This document shows positions 50,100 to 59,934 of a DNA stretch of 64,000 bases, in pieces. Origin of the DNA: Polyangiales bacterium (GTDB lineage Bacteria > Myxococcota_A > Polyangia > Polyangiales > JADJQN01); assembly GCA_964202905.1 (NCBI GenBank), contig CAXNJO010000004.1, positions 1-64,000 of the forward strand. Direction: 5' to 3'. The notes under the pieces were generated by a model that worked only from the letters and a program-made list of their open reading frames with translations, made no database searches and was not told the origin of the DNA. A program made the position numbers and the translations under genes. How positions within the stretch are numbered: position 1 is the stretch's first letter; each line of letters opens with the position of its first letter.

Positions 50100-52897
50100 G
50101 ACCCGCCACGCGCGCGGGCTGCGCGACGGGCGACATGGCGGGAGAATCTCACGCGCCGCGCGAGCAGGTCGAGCACGAAGAGCGCGAGCGCGGTGTAGAG
50201 CAGCGGGGGCCAGGCGGGCTCGTGATGGCGCACGGTCTCGCCGCGGGGCGCGAAGAGGCGTGCCGGCGTCGGCTCCCGGTCGCCCCCCGTGAGCGCCGCG
50301 ATGCGTTGTAGGAGCGCGTCGCTCGGCTCGACGGTCGCGTACTCGCGCGGGTACGGGTTCGCGAGTTGCGCGCGGCTCTCCGCGATGGGCCGGCCGTCGC
50401 GCGCGTGCACGGCCTCGAGCACGAACGCGCCGTACCGATCGAGCGGGAATCGCGCCTCGTAGCGGCCGGGCGCCGTCTGGCGGAGCGGGTGTGTCTCGGT
50501 GCGGCGGGCCTCGTCGTCGTCCGCTGGCTCGACGCCCGCGTCGTGTCGAGCGCTCGGAGCTCGGCGCGTCGATGCGCCGAGCGGGCCGGTCATCGTCACG
50601 CGGCTCTCGAGCCCGTCGAGGAAGCGATCGTCCTGGCCGATCGCGTCGACCTCGACGCGCACCACGCCGTCCTCGATCGAGGCGTGCATGTCGAGCGTCT
50701 CGCGTCGACGCTCGCGCATGTGCTCGCGCACGAGCTGCGACCAGAAGGGCTGGAAGCCCGGCCAGCGCAGCCAGTCGACGGCCCAGCGGTTCTTGATGTC
50801 GCTCGTCCACGCGAGGGACCAGCCGAGCCCGACGCGCCAGCGGGCGAGGAGCGGCTCGCCGAGCTCGGAGCGCAGCACGACCTGCGCGGGCGCGGGCTTC
50901 GCTTGCGTCGCGACGTAGCCGTGGAGGAACGGCGCGCTCGCGAGGTCGACGGAACGCAGGAAATCGGCCGAGGCGGCGATCGTCGGCTGGAAGTACTCCT
51001 CGACGGCGCTCGAGCGCGCGACGGTGGTCGTCTCGCGCGTGAAGATGCGCGGCACGTTGTGCGGGTCGACGGTGAAGTACGCGCGCCCGCCGCCGAGGTT
51101 CGCCATGCTCTGCAGGAGCGCGCGGTTCACGTCGCCGCCGAGGCCCACGACGCTCACCGTGATGCTCTCGGCGCGCATCGCCTGCACGATCGTGTCGATG
51201 CCGCTCTCCTGCGTCTGGCCGTCGGTCAGCAGGATGACGTGCTTGATGCGCGCGCGCGTGACGGCGAGGTCTTGGTACGCCATGTCGAGCGCGGGGAAGA
51301 TCGCGGTGCCGCCGGACGGCGCGAGGCGGCCGATGTCGGTGAGGATCCGCAAGCGGTTCGAGGCGCTCTGCATCCGCACGATGCGGACGGGTTGCGAATC
51401 GAAGCCGACGACCTCGAGGTAGTCCTCCGCGGACAGCAGCTCCGCCGTCGCGCGGGCCGCGTCCTTCGCGAGCTCCATCTTGAGACCCGTCATGGAGCCG
51501 CTCTTGTCGATGACGAGCGCGAGCGCGAGCGATGGTTGATCGCGGCGGCGCTCGGCGTCCATGCGCACCGGCAGCAGCTGCTCGATGCGCGTCCCGCCCC
51601 AGCCACCGAGGCCGAAGCCCTGCTCGCCGCCCGCCATCAGGAAGCCGCCGCCGAGGTCGCGCACGTAGCGCTCGAGGGCGTCCATCTGGCCGAGCGAGAC
51701 GGCGTCGGCGGGCACGTCGGAGAGCACGACGAAGTCGAAGCGCTCGAGTTCGCGGACGCTCGTCGGCAGCTCGCGGGGGCCGCGCACGTCGAGCTCGTAG
51801 TCACCCGCCGCGAGCGCGCGGGCGAGCCAGGTTGCGCGCCCCGGATCCGACTCGACGATCATCACCGTCGGGCGCCCGGGGACGATCGCGCTCGTCACGA
51901 AGCGGTTGTTCGCGCGGAAGCGATCGGGACCGAGCGGCTCGACCTCCACCGTGTAGGTGACGGGGCCCGGCACCCGCACGACGCTGCGGAACTCGAGCTC
52001 CGTCTCGCCCCGTGGGAGCGACACCTCGCGCTGCGGATCGAGCGCGTTCGGCCCGTCGTCCTGCCGCACGCGGACGCGCACGCGCGTCGGCTGCGTCGCG
52101 AAGAGGCGGGCGCGCACGAAGAACGTCGCCCCGACCTCGAGGCGATCCGGGAGGGACGCGCTGCGGATCGCGACCTCCGGCGGCGCGCCGCGGCGCGACG
52201 GGTGGTAGGAGACGCGCACCCCGAAGCGGCGGGCCCGGCTCGCCTCCCCGAGCGCGTCGCCCTCCGTCTGCACGCCGTCCGAGAGGAGCACCGCGCGGCG
52301 CAGATGCCCCGGCGGGAAGAGCCCGTACGCGAGCTGGAGCGCGGCCTCGAGATCGGTGCCCGCGCCGGGATCCATCGCGCCTGCGGCGTGCGCGGCAGGC
52401 CGCGTGATCGGCGGGATCGAGGCGGCTTCTGCGTCGAGCGGCACGACGCGCGGGTGCCGCGCGAAGGCGACGAGTTGCACGTCGTGATCGCCGCGCGCGC
52501 GCCACGCTGCATCGACGATCGCGCGTGCGTCCGCGAGCGCGGCGTCGGTGACGGACTCGGAGACGTCGACCAGGAAGACGGTGCTGACCTTCGCGCTCTC
52601 GGTGGTGCGCGCAGGTCGCGCGAGCGCGAGCGCGAGGGCCGCGACGAGCGCGGCGCGCAGCGCGAACGACAGCGCGCGCTGTGCCGGCGCGAGGTCGGCG
52701 AGCGAGCGACGGAGCGCGAGCGCGAGCAGCGGCACCACCGCGAGCGCGTAGAGCGCGGCCGGCGTGCCGAGCGTGTAGCGGTCCGCGCCGTGCACCCACG
52801 CCCGCGGACCTGCCGCGAGAAACCACGCGACGAGCCCGGCGACGCCCGCGGAGAGCGCGCATGCGGCGAGCGCCTCGAGCGCGACGCGGCGCCTCAT
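50096..52897 (-). CDS. Membrane protein with two vWA domains and a glutamine-amidotransferase-like domain
   Basis: MIDAS motifs DVSES and DKSGS, LSDG/LTDG, FDFVVLSDVPA...GGGFLMAGG; N- and C-terminal TM helices; ATGA overlap. Confidence 0.82.
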   Translation of the reverse strand: MRRRVALEALAACALSAGVAGLVAWFLAAGPRAWVHGADRYTLGTPAALYALAVVPLLALALRRSLADLAPAQRALSFALRAALVAALALALARPARTTESAKVSTVFLVDVSESVTDAALADARAIVDAAWRARGDHDVQLVAFARHPRVVPLDAEAASIPPITRPAAHAAGAMDPGAGTDLEAALQLAYGLFPPGHLRRAVLLSDGVQTEGDALGEASRARRFGVRVSYHPSRRGAPPEVAIRSASLPDRLEVGATFFVRARLFATQPTRVRVRVRQDDGPNALDPQREVSLPRGETELEFRSVVRVPGPVTYTVEVEPLGPDRFRANNRFVTSAIVPGRPTVMIVESDPGRATWLARALAAGDYELDVRGPRELPTSVRELERFDFVVLSDVPADAVSLGQMDALERYVRDLGGGFLMAGGEQGFGLGGWGGTRIEQLLPVRMDAERRRDQPSLALALVIDKSGSMTGLKMELAKDAARATAELLSAEDYLEVVGFDSQPVRIVRMQSASNRLRILTDIGRLAPSGGTAIFPALDMAYQDLAVTRARIKHVILLTDGQTQESGIDTIVQAMRAESITVSVVGLGGDVNRALLQSMANLGGGRAYFTVDPHNVPRIFTRETTTVARSSAVEEYFQPTIAASADFLRSVDLASAPFLHGYVATQAKPAPAQVVLRSELGEPLLARWRVGLGWSLAWTSDIKNRWAVDWLRWPGFQPFWSQLVREHMRERRRETLDMHASIEDGVVRVEVDAIGQDDRFLDGLESRVTMTGPLGASTRRAPSARHDAGVEPADDDEARRTETHPLRQTAPGRYEARFPLDRYGAFVLEAVHARDGRPIAESRAQLANPYPREYATVEPSDALLQRIAALTGGDREPTPARLFAPRGETVRHHEPAWPPLLYTALALFVLDLLARRVRFSRHVARRAARARGGS

Positions 52898-54792
52898 ACC
52901 GTCAGCCTCCGATGGTAGGTGAACCACTCGAGGCAGAGCAGGACGAGCGCGGCGACGACGAGCGTCACCCAAAGCTCCGCGCGCAGGCCGGCGCGTGCCG
53001 GTCGCGCGCGTTGCGCCGTCGTCGCACCGACGCGCAGACGTGACACGGGGGCGATGTCGAGCTCGGCGTCGTCGGCGAGGTTCGCGGCGAACGTTTGCTC
53101 GGACTCCACGCCCGCAGCGTCGCGCGCCCGGAGCGTGTAGAAACCCGCGCGGAGGCCCGCGACGACCGCGCGTCCATCGGCGATCGGTACCTCGCGCAGC
53201 TCACCGTCGGGCGCTTGGAGCCGCGCACCGACCGAGCCCGGCGGCACGGGGACGCGCCACGTCTCGCCCGTGCGGTAACTCGAGAGGTACGCGGCGTCCT
53301 CCTCGAGGAAGCCGTCGATCGCGTTGAGCAGCAACAGCGGCCAGGCGACGCGCAGCGGCAGGTCGCTGCGCCGCACGTCGAAGGTCAGCGCGACGAAGCG
53401 TTGGCCCTGCCGCGTGCCGGCCACGATGAGCGGTCCGCGCGCGTCTCCGGCGACGCGCACGTCGCCGGGCGCGAGCGTCACGGCGAGGGCCTCGGCGACG
53501 TTCACGTCGCGCATGGCCGTGAAACGCAGCAGCGGGTGTCGCCGATCGAGCTGATCGAACGTGGGCCGCGCGAGCACGCCGGTGACGGCAAATGGCCCCT
53601 CCCGACCGGGAGCAGGGCGCGGGTGCAGGTAGATCGCGGGGCTCGTCGGAGGCGTCGCGGGGACGAAGTCGTCGAAGATCACGGCGTCGAAGCGGCCGGC
53701 GGGCGGGTAGGCCTCGGGGGGGATCTCCGTGACGTCGAGGTACTCGTCGAGCAGCAGCGCCGCCTGCAGGTAGAGGTTGCCGCGCGTGACGCAGAGCACG
53801 CGCGCGCGGCGCCGATCGGGGAGTCGCGCATAGGCGCGGTCGTCGGCGGGGAGGTCGTCATGCGCACCGCCCGTGAGCGTGAGGCGCGCCTCGAGCGTGC
53901 GGTCCGCACCCGCGAGGTCCTGAAAAATACGAGCGATCCGCGCGCCCGCGGCGATCTCGATCGTCTGCACGTCGAGCGGCCTGCCGTCGCCCAGCAGGGT
54001 CAGCTCGACGGACTCGTCGCGCGGGCCCGCGTTGCGCAGCTCGACGAGGACCTCGCTGCGGCTCTTGTCGAGCGGGTAGCGACGCACGCTGAACGCGGTG
54101 ATCCCGACGTTGCGGCGCCCCCGGCCGATCGGCACGTGGCTCAGCCGCACGGCGCCGAGCGTGACCTCGCCCTCCGCGTCGCGCGCGTCCCCGAGGTGTC
54201 CGTCGGAGAGCACGACGATCTCCGGGCGCGGCTGGTCGCGGAGCACGTCGAGCGCGAAGCGCAGCCCGCCCGGGAGCGACGCGGCGACCTCCGTCGGCGC
54301 GACGGCGTCGATGGCCTCGCGCAGCAGGGCCGGGTCGTTCGTCATCGGCGAGACGGGCGTCGTGCGCGCCTCCATGCGCGCGACGAGGGCGCGGTCGTTG
54401 GGGCCGAGTCCCTCGACGAGGCGTCGCGCCTCCTGCTTCGCGCGCGCGAGCCGCGTCGGGGCCACGTCGGTCGCCTGCATGGACGCGCTCGCGTCGAGCA
54501 GGAGCACCAGCGTGCGCCCACCGTCGCGCGCGCCCTTCCAGCGCGGGTCACCGAGGGCGAGGGCGATCAAGCCCACGAGGAGCAGCGCGAGCAGCAGCGA
54601 GAGGAGCCGCTTGAGCTGCGAGAAGAGGCGCGTCGTGCGCTCGTCGGCGAGCACGCGGTCCCAGAGGCGCACGAAGGGCACCACGACCACGCGCCGGCGC
54701 AGCTTGAGCAGGTACAGCCCGACGACCGCGCCGCCCACGACGGCGAAGACGGTGAGCACCTGCGCGAGCGTCAGACCGGCGAGTTCGATCAT
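52894..54792 (-). CDS. BatA N-terminal domain + vWA domain membrane protein
   Basis: LYLLKLRRR, LLVGLIALALGDP, MIDAS DASAS, SDLPLRVAWP, C-terminal TM + LEW. Confidence 0.82.
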   Translation of the reverse strand: MIELAGLTLAQVLTVFAVVGGAVVGLYLLKLRRRVVVVPFVRLWDRVLADERTTRLFSQLKRLLSLLLALLLVGLIALALGDPRWKGARDGGRTLVLLLDASASMQATDVAPTRLARAKQEARRLVEGLGPNDRALVARMEARTTPVSPMTNDPALLREAIDAVAPTEVAASLPGGLRFALDVLRDQPRPEIVVLSDGHLGDARDAEGEVTLGAVRLSHVPIGRGRRNVGITAFSVRRYPLDKSRSEVLVELRNAGPRDESVELTLLGDGRPLDVQTIEIAAGARIARIFQDLAGADRTLEARLTLTGGAHDDLPADDRAYARLPDRRRARVLCVTRGNLYLQAALLLDEYLDVTEIPPEAYPPAGRFDAVIFDDFVPATPPTSPAIYLHPRPAPGREGPFAVTGVLARPTFDQLDRRHPLLRFTAMRDVNVAEALAVTLAPGDVRVAGDARGPLIVAGTRQGQRFVALTFDVRRSDLPLRVAWPLLLLNAIDGFLEEDAAYLSSYRTGETWRVPVPPGSVGARLQAPDGELREVPIADGRAVVAGLRAGFYTLRARDAAGVESEQTFAANLADDAELDIAPVSRLRVGATTAQRARPARAGLRAELWVTLVVAALVLLCLEWFTYHRRLTV

Positions 54793-54796
54793 GCGC

Positions 54797-55738
54797 TCAC
54801 CCGAGCATCCCGCCGCGCCGCAGGATGCGGAGGATGGCCTCGTCGAAGGGCGTGCTCGTCTCGACCGCGTGGAAGGAGACCTGCTTCTCGGCGCAGAAGC
54901 GCTCGATGCCGGCGCGGTACTCAGCGTGTGCGCGCGCGAAACGCTCGAGCACGCGCGGCGTCACCGTCACCTCGCGCGCCTCGCCCGTCTCCTCGTCGAC
55001 GAGCCGCACGTCGCCGTGCAGCGGCGGTCTCACCTCGCTGGGGTCGACGATCTGGATCACGTGCGTCTCGAACTTCTGGTAGCGGAGGACGTTGAGCCCC
55101 TCCTCGAAGCCGCGCGGGTCGTAGAGATCGCTGAGCAGGATCGCGACGCCGCGGCGCTTGTTCTGCGCGACGAAGCTGCGCATCGCGTCGCCGAGCCCCG
55201 TGGGACCGTCGGCCTCCTGTGCGCGCAGGAACTCGAGCACCGCGAAGATGCGGTTCTTGCCGCGGGTCGGCGCAAGTCGGCCGCGGAGCGCGTCGTCGAA
55301 CGAGACGATCGAGACGCGATCGAGGCCCGCGAGCGCGATGTAGGCGAGCGCGGCGGCGAGGCGACGCGCGTAGTCGATCTTCGGCGTCGCGCCGAACGCC
55401 ATCGAACGCGAGCGGTCGAGGAGGACGTAGACGGCGAGGTCCTCCTCCTCTTCGAAGAGCCGCAGCAGGAGGCGCCCGGAGCGCCCGTAGACGTTCCAGT
55501 CGAGGTAGCGGAAGTCGTCGCCTGCCGTGTATGCGCGGTGGTCGGCGAACTCGATGCCGCTGCCCGTCTTCTTCGATCGTCGCTCGGCGCGCGTGCGGCC
55601 CTGATGGAGACGACGCGCGGCGAGCGCGAGCATCTCGAGCTTCGCCTGGAATGACTCGTCGAAGAGCGGCTCCGCCCCACGCGTGGGCGCGGCGGCGGCC
55701 CCGCGCTCGCTCCCTCCACGGCGCAGCCAGTCGAACAC
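54797..55738 (-). CDS. DUF58 domain protein
   Basis: GSGIEFADHRAYTAGDDFRYLDWNVYGR, DRSRS, LSDL. Confidence 0.9.
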   Translation of the reverse strand: MFDWLRRGGSERGAAAAPTRGAEPLFDESFQAKLEMLALAARRLHQGRTRAERRSKKTGSGIEFADHRAYTAGDDFRYLDWNVYGRSGRLLLRLFEEEEDLAVYVLLDRSRSMAFGATPKIDYARRLAAALAYIALAGLDRVSIVSFDDALRGRLAPTRGKNRIFAVLEFLRAQEADGPTGLGDAMRSFVAQNKRRGVAILLSDLYDPRGFEEGLNVLRYQKFETHVIQIVDPSEVRPPLHGDVRLVDEETGEAREVTVTPRVLERFARAHAEYRAGIERFCAEKQVSFHAVETSTPFDEAILRILRRGGMLG

Positions 55739-55746
55739 GCGCGCCT

Positions 55747-56783
<1,037 letters not shown>

Positions 56784-56787
<4 letters not shown>

Positions 56788-58859
56788 GGCTGCGGCTCCC
56801 TCGGTCGGATGAGCTGGAAATAGCGGCGGACGTAGAAGCGATAACCGCCCGGAATCTGGTCCTGCTCGAGGACCTCCGTCGCGTGGGACTCGTAGTCGGC
56901 GTACACGCGCCGGTAGTCGCGCGCTGCGAAGCCGCGCTCGGCGGCGCCGAGGATCACCTCGCTCCGCGTCGGCCCGCGCTCGGACGCCTCGCCTTGCACG
57001 CGCGTCGCCTGCCGTGTGCCATCGAGGCGCGTGGGTGCGTCGAGGCCCGTGGTGTCATGGCCAGCGCCGGCGCCCGGACCCTGGCCCATGCCGCCGGGCA
57101 TGTTTCCTTGCGCGCTGCCCTGCGACGCGCCCGGCATCTCGAGGACGGCGCTGCCGCCCTGACCGGGCACCCCGACGTGACCAGCGGTCTGTCCCGAACT
57201 TCCCGCTTCTCCCGGTTGTCCCGATTGTCCGGTTTGGCCGGGGCGCCCCGCGCGGCCCATCGCGCCGGCGCCTCCGCGCGCCTGCGCCACGAACCGATCC
57301 ATCCGCGACGCGCCCTGCTGACCTTGCTGACCCTGCTGACCCTGCTGACCTTGCTGACCTTGCTGACCTTGCTGACCCTGCTGACCTTGCTGACCTTGCT
57401 GACCTTGCTGACCCTGCTGGCCCTGCTGACCTTGCTGACCTTGCTGACCTTGCTGGCCCTGTTGACCCTGCTGACCTTGCTGACCTTGCTGGCCGGATGC
57501 GTCGGCTTGTGCCTGTTGTTCGCGCTGGCGGCGGACGAGCTCGCGCAACTCGGAGAGACGCTCGGCGAGGGCGCGGCGCTGCTGCTCGCTCTGCTGCGTG
57601 CGCGCCATGCGGTTCAACTCTTCCGCGCTCCGCGCGAGCGACTGCGCGGCCTGCTCGCGGTCCTGCTGCGAGAGGCGTTCTCCGGCGTGCCCGAGCTCGC
57701 GCTGCAGGCGCTCGAGGCGTCGCTCCTGCGCCTGCGCGCCTGCCTGCTCGCGCTCGAGCCGCTGGAGCTCGCGGCGCCGTCGCTCGAGGAGGCGCCGCTC
57801 GGGCTCGGGCTGCGCCTGCTGCGCGGCCTGCTGGTCGCGCTGCCGCTGCAGGAGCCGCTCGACCTCCGCGCGGCGCTGCGCGAGCGACTCGGACGAGGGG
57901 GCCGGTGGACGCGTGGCCGCGGCGCGGGCGAGCGCCTCGCGCAGGCGGTCGAGCTCGCGGCGGCTCGGGGGGCTCTGGCGCAGGGCCTCCGACAAACGCT
58001 GCATGTCGTCTGCCGCGCGACGCGCGTCCGCGTCGCGGAGAGCGCGGGCAGCGGGCTCGGTCTGCGGCGACCGCGCGAGTTCCGTCGCGACCTGCGAGAG
58101 GGTTTCGCGGAGGTTGTCTGCGTCGGCGCGCCGCGCATCCTCGAGCGCGTCCTGGACCTGCTGGAGCGCGCGCAGCGCGTCCGTGCGTGCGAGGCGCTGC
58201 GCGGCGAGGTCACCGACGAGTCCGTCGAAGCGCGTCGCGGCGTCGCGCACCTCGCGCTCGAGCGCTGGATCGGCGAGCGCCTCGCGCACGTCGTTGCGGA
58301 AGGCCTCGAGGTCGTCCGCGTGCAGGACGAGCGCGGCGGGCGGCTGCGTCGGGGCCGGCCGCACGATCACGTCGGGCACCTCGAGCAGCGCGAGCCCCGC
58401 GACGGCCAACGCGAGCCCGAGCGCGGCGACCGTATCGCGCGGGGCGCGGAGCGGGAACGCGCGCGCCGGGACGAGCCCCGCCGCGTGAGCGCACGCGTCG
58501 TCGATGGCTGCTTCCATGAATGCCGTGCGCGCATCCGCGGGGAGTGCCGCGAACGAGAGGGCGCTCGCGGTGCGATCGTGGAGCGCGTGCGCGCGATCGA
58601 GGCGCTGGGCCGCGACGAGCATCGAGACGCGCCGCGCCGCGCCGAGGAGCGCGCCGAGGGCGGGCAGGGCCGCGGCGCCGACGAGCCACGGCAACGCATC
58701 GTCCGGACCGACCGCGCGTGTCTTGACGGCAGCGACGAGCGCGGCCGCGAGGCCGAGCGACGCGACCGAGAGCGTCGCCGCGGCGTCGAGCGCGCGCTGC
58801 AGGCGCAGGCGCCGCGCGACGGCGAGAACGGGGCGGCGGAGTGGGACGGGGACGCTCAT
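56784..58859 (-). CDS. Membrane-anchored coiled-coil protein with (QQG)20 repeat (DUF4175-like)
   Basis: Three N-terminal TM segments, Q/E/R-rich coiled coil, QQG repeat, tail IPGGYRFYVRRYFQLIRP; ATGA overlap with moxR. Start taken at MSVPVP. Confidence 0.8.
57313..57492 (-). repeat. Twenty tandem 9-bp units (CC(C/T)TGCTGA on + strand) encoding Gln-Gln-Gly
   Basis: 180 bp counted directly; variants fall at synonymous positions. Confidence 0.95.
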
Positions 58860-58995
58860 CGGAGGGGAGGCATGCCGGGGGACGCGGACGCTCCCGGGCA
58901 GACGCGCGACGCGGTCGGAATGTTCCCCCCGTGCGCGTGGACGTCGACCACGGCCGAGCATACGCGCTCGCCGGTCGCGTGCTACGCAGGGCGCG

Positions 58996-59868
58996 ATGTC
59001 TGACGAGGGTCGCGGCGCTCCGGCGCGCTACTTTCCGGTGAACGAAGCGCCGCTCCGCATGCAGGCAGGCCTGCTGCGCTTCGGTGTCGAATTCGGCAAC
59101 GGCGCGGCGGACGCGCGCCACTTCCAGGTCGACGTCCGACTCGACGAGACGCTCGCCGCCAAGCGCGCTGCGCCTCCGGAGCGGCACGCATGGCTCAATC
59201 CGCGCGACGAGGCCGCCGTGCGCGCGACCGACGCCGCGCTCGCGTGGATGCGCCGCACGCTCGCGGTGGAGCATCCGGATCGACTCCGCGCGGCGGACGC
59301 CGACGCCGCGGCGCGCAACCCCTTCGACGCGCTCGGGCGCGCGGTGCAGGAGGACTTCGCCGTCCTCGATCGCGGCGCAGACGGGCGCGGGCGCCTCGTG
59401 CTGCTGCACGTGTGTTTCCCGAGCGGGTGGCGCCCCGAGCGCCTCGCGGGGGCCGATTTTGCAGGGATCCACGGCCCCGTGCCCTCGTTCGCCAAGCCCG
59501 ACGCGGCGGCGCGCAGCATGGTGAGCGCGATGATCGACCGCGGCCCGTACGTCCGCTTCGTCTGGACGTTGAGCGCGGATCCGCACCTCGACCACCACCC
59601 CGATGCGGGCGCGCGCGCGCCGTGGCCACGCACGCCGCTCGCCGCGGGGACGCCCTGCTATCTGCGCGTCGAGCGGCAGATCACCGTGCCGCTGCCGGAG
59701 GCGGACGCGAGCGTCTTCCTCATCCGAACCTACGTGTACCCCGTGAGCTCGCTCGATCCTGCGCAGCGCGCCGTGCTCGTCGCCGCCCTCGCGGCGATGC
59801 CGGACGACGTGCGCCGCTACAAGGGGCTGCCGGAGCGCGAGGTCGTCGCGCGCGTGCTCACGGGGTAG
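58996..59868 (+). CDS. DUF3445 / heme-dependent oxidative N-demethylase alpha-subunit-like protein
   Basis: VQEDFAVL, VCFPSGW, IHGPVP, RFVWTL, YLRVERQ, FLIRTY motifs. Confidence 0.78.
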   Translation: MSDEGRGAPARYFPVNEAPLRMQAGLLRFGVEFGNGAADARHFQVDVRLDETLAAKRAAPPERHAWLNPRDEAAVRATDAALAWMRRTLAVEHPDRLRAADADAAARNPFDALGRAVQEDFAVLDRGADGRGRLVLLHVCFPSGWRPERLAGADFAGIHGPVPSFAKPDAAARSMVSAMIDRGPYVRFVWTLSADPHLDHHPDAGARAPWPRTPLAAGTPCYLRVERQITVPLPEADASVFLIRTYVYPVSSLDPAQRAVLVAALAAMPDDVRRYKGLPEREVVARVLTG

Positions 59869-59934
59869 GCCCGGCGCGGCCGCCACGGGCGCGTTTCTGG
59901 CGGTCGCAGCGAGCCGACCGCTACGATGGGGGCG

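Noticed and set aside
57313..57492. CRISPR array, or poly-LLT membrane protein on the + strand (ORF 56883..59003)
   Set aside because: It is a 9-bp coding tandem. The minus-strand QQG frame belongs to a gene coupled to moxR; the + ORF is its antisense shadow.
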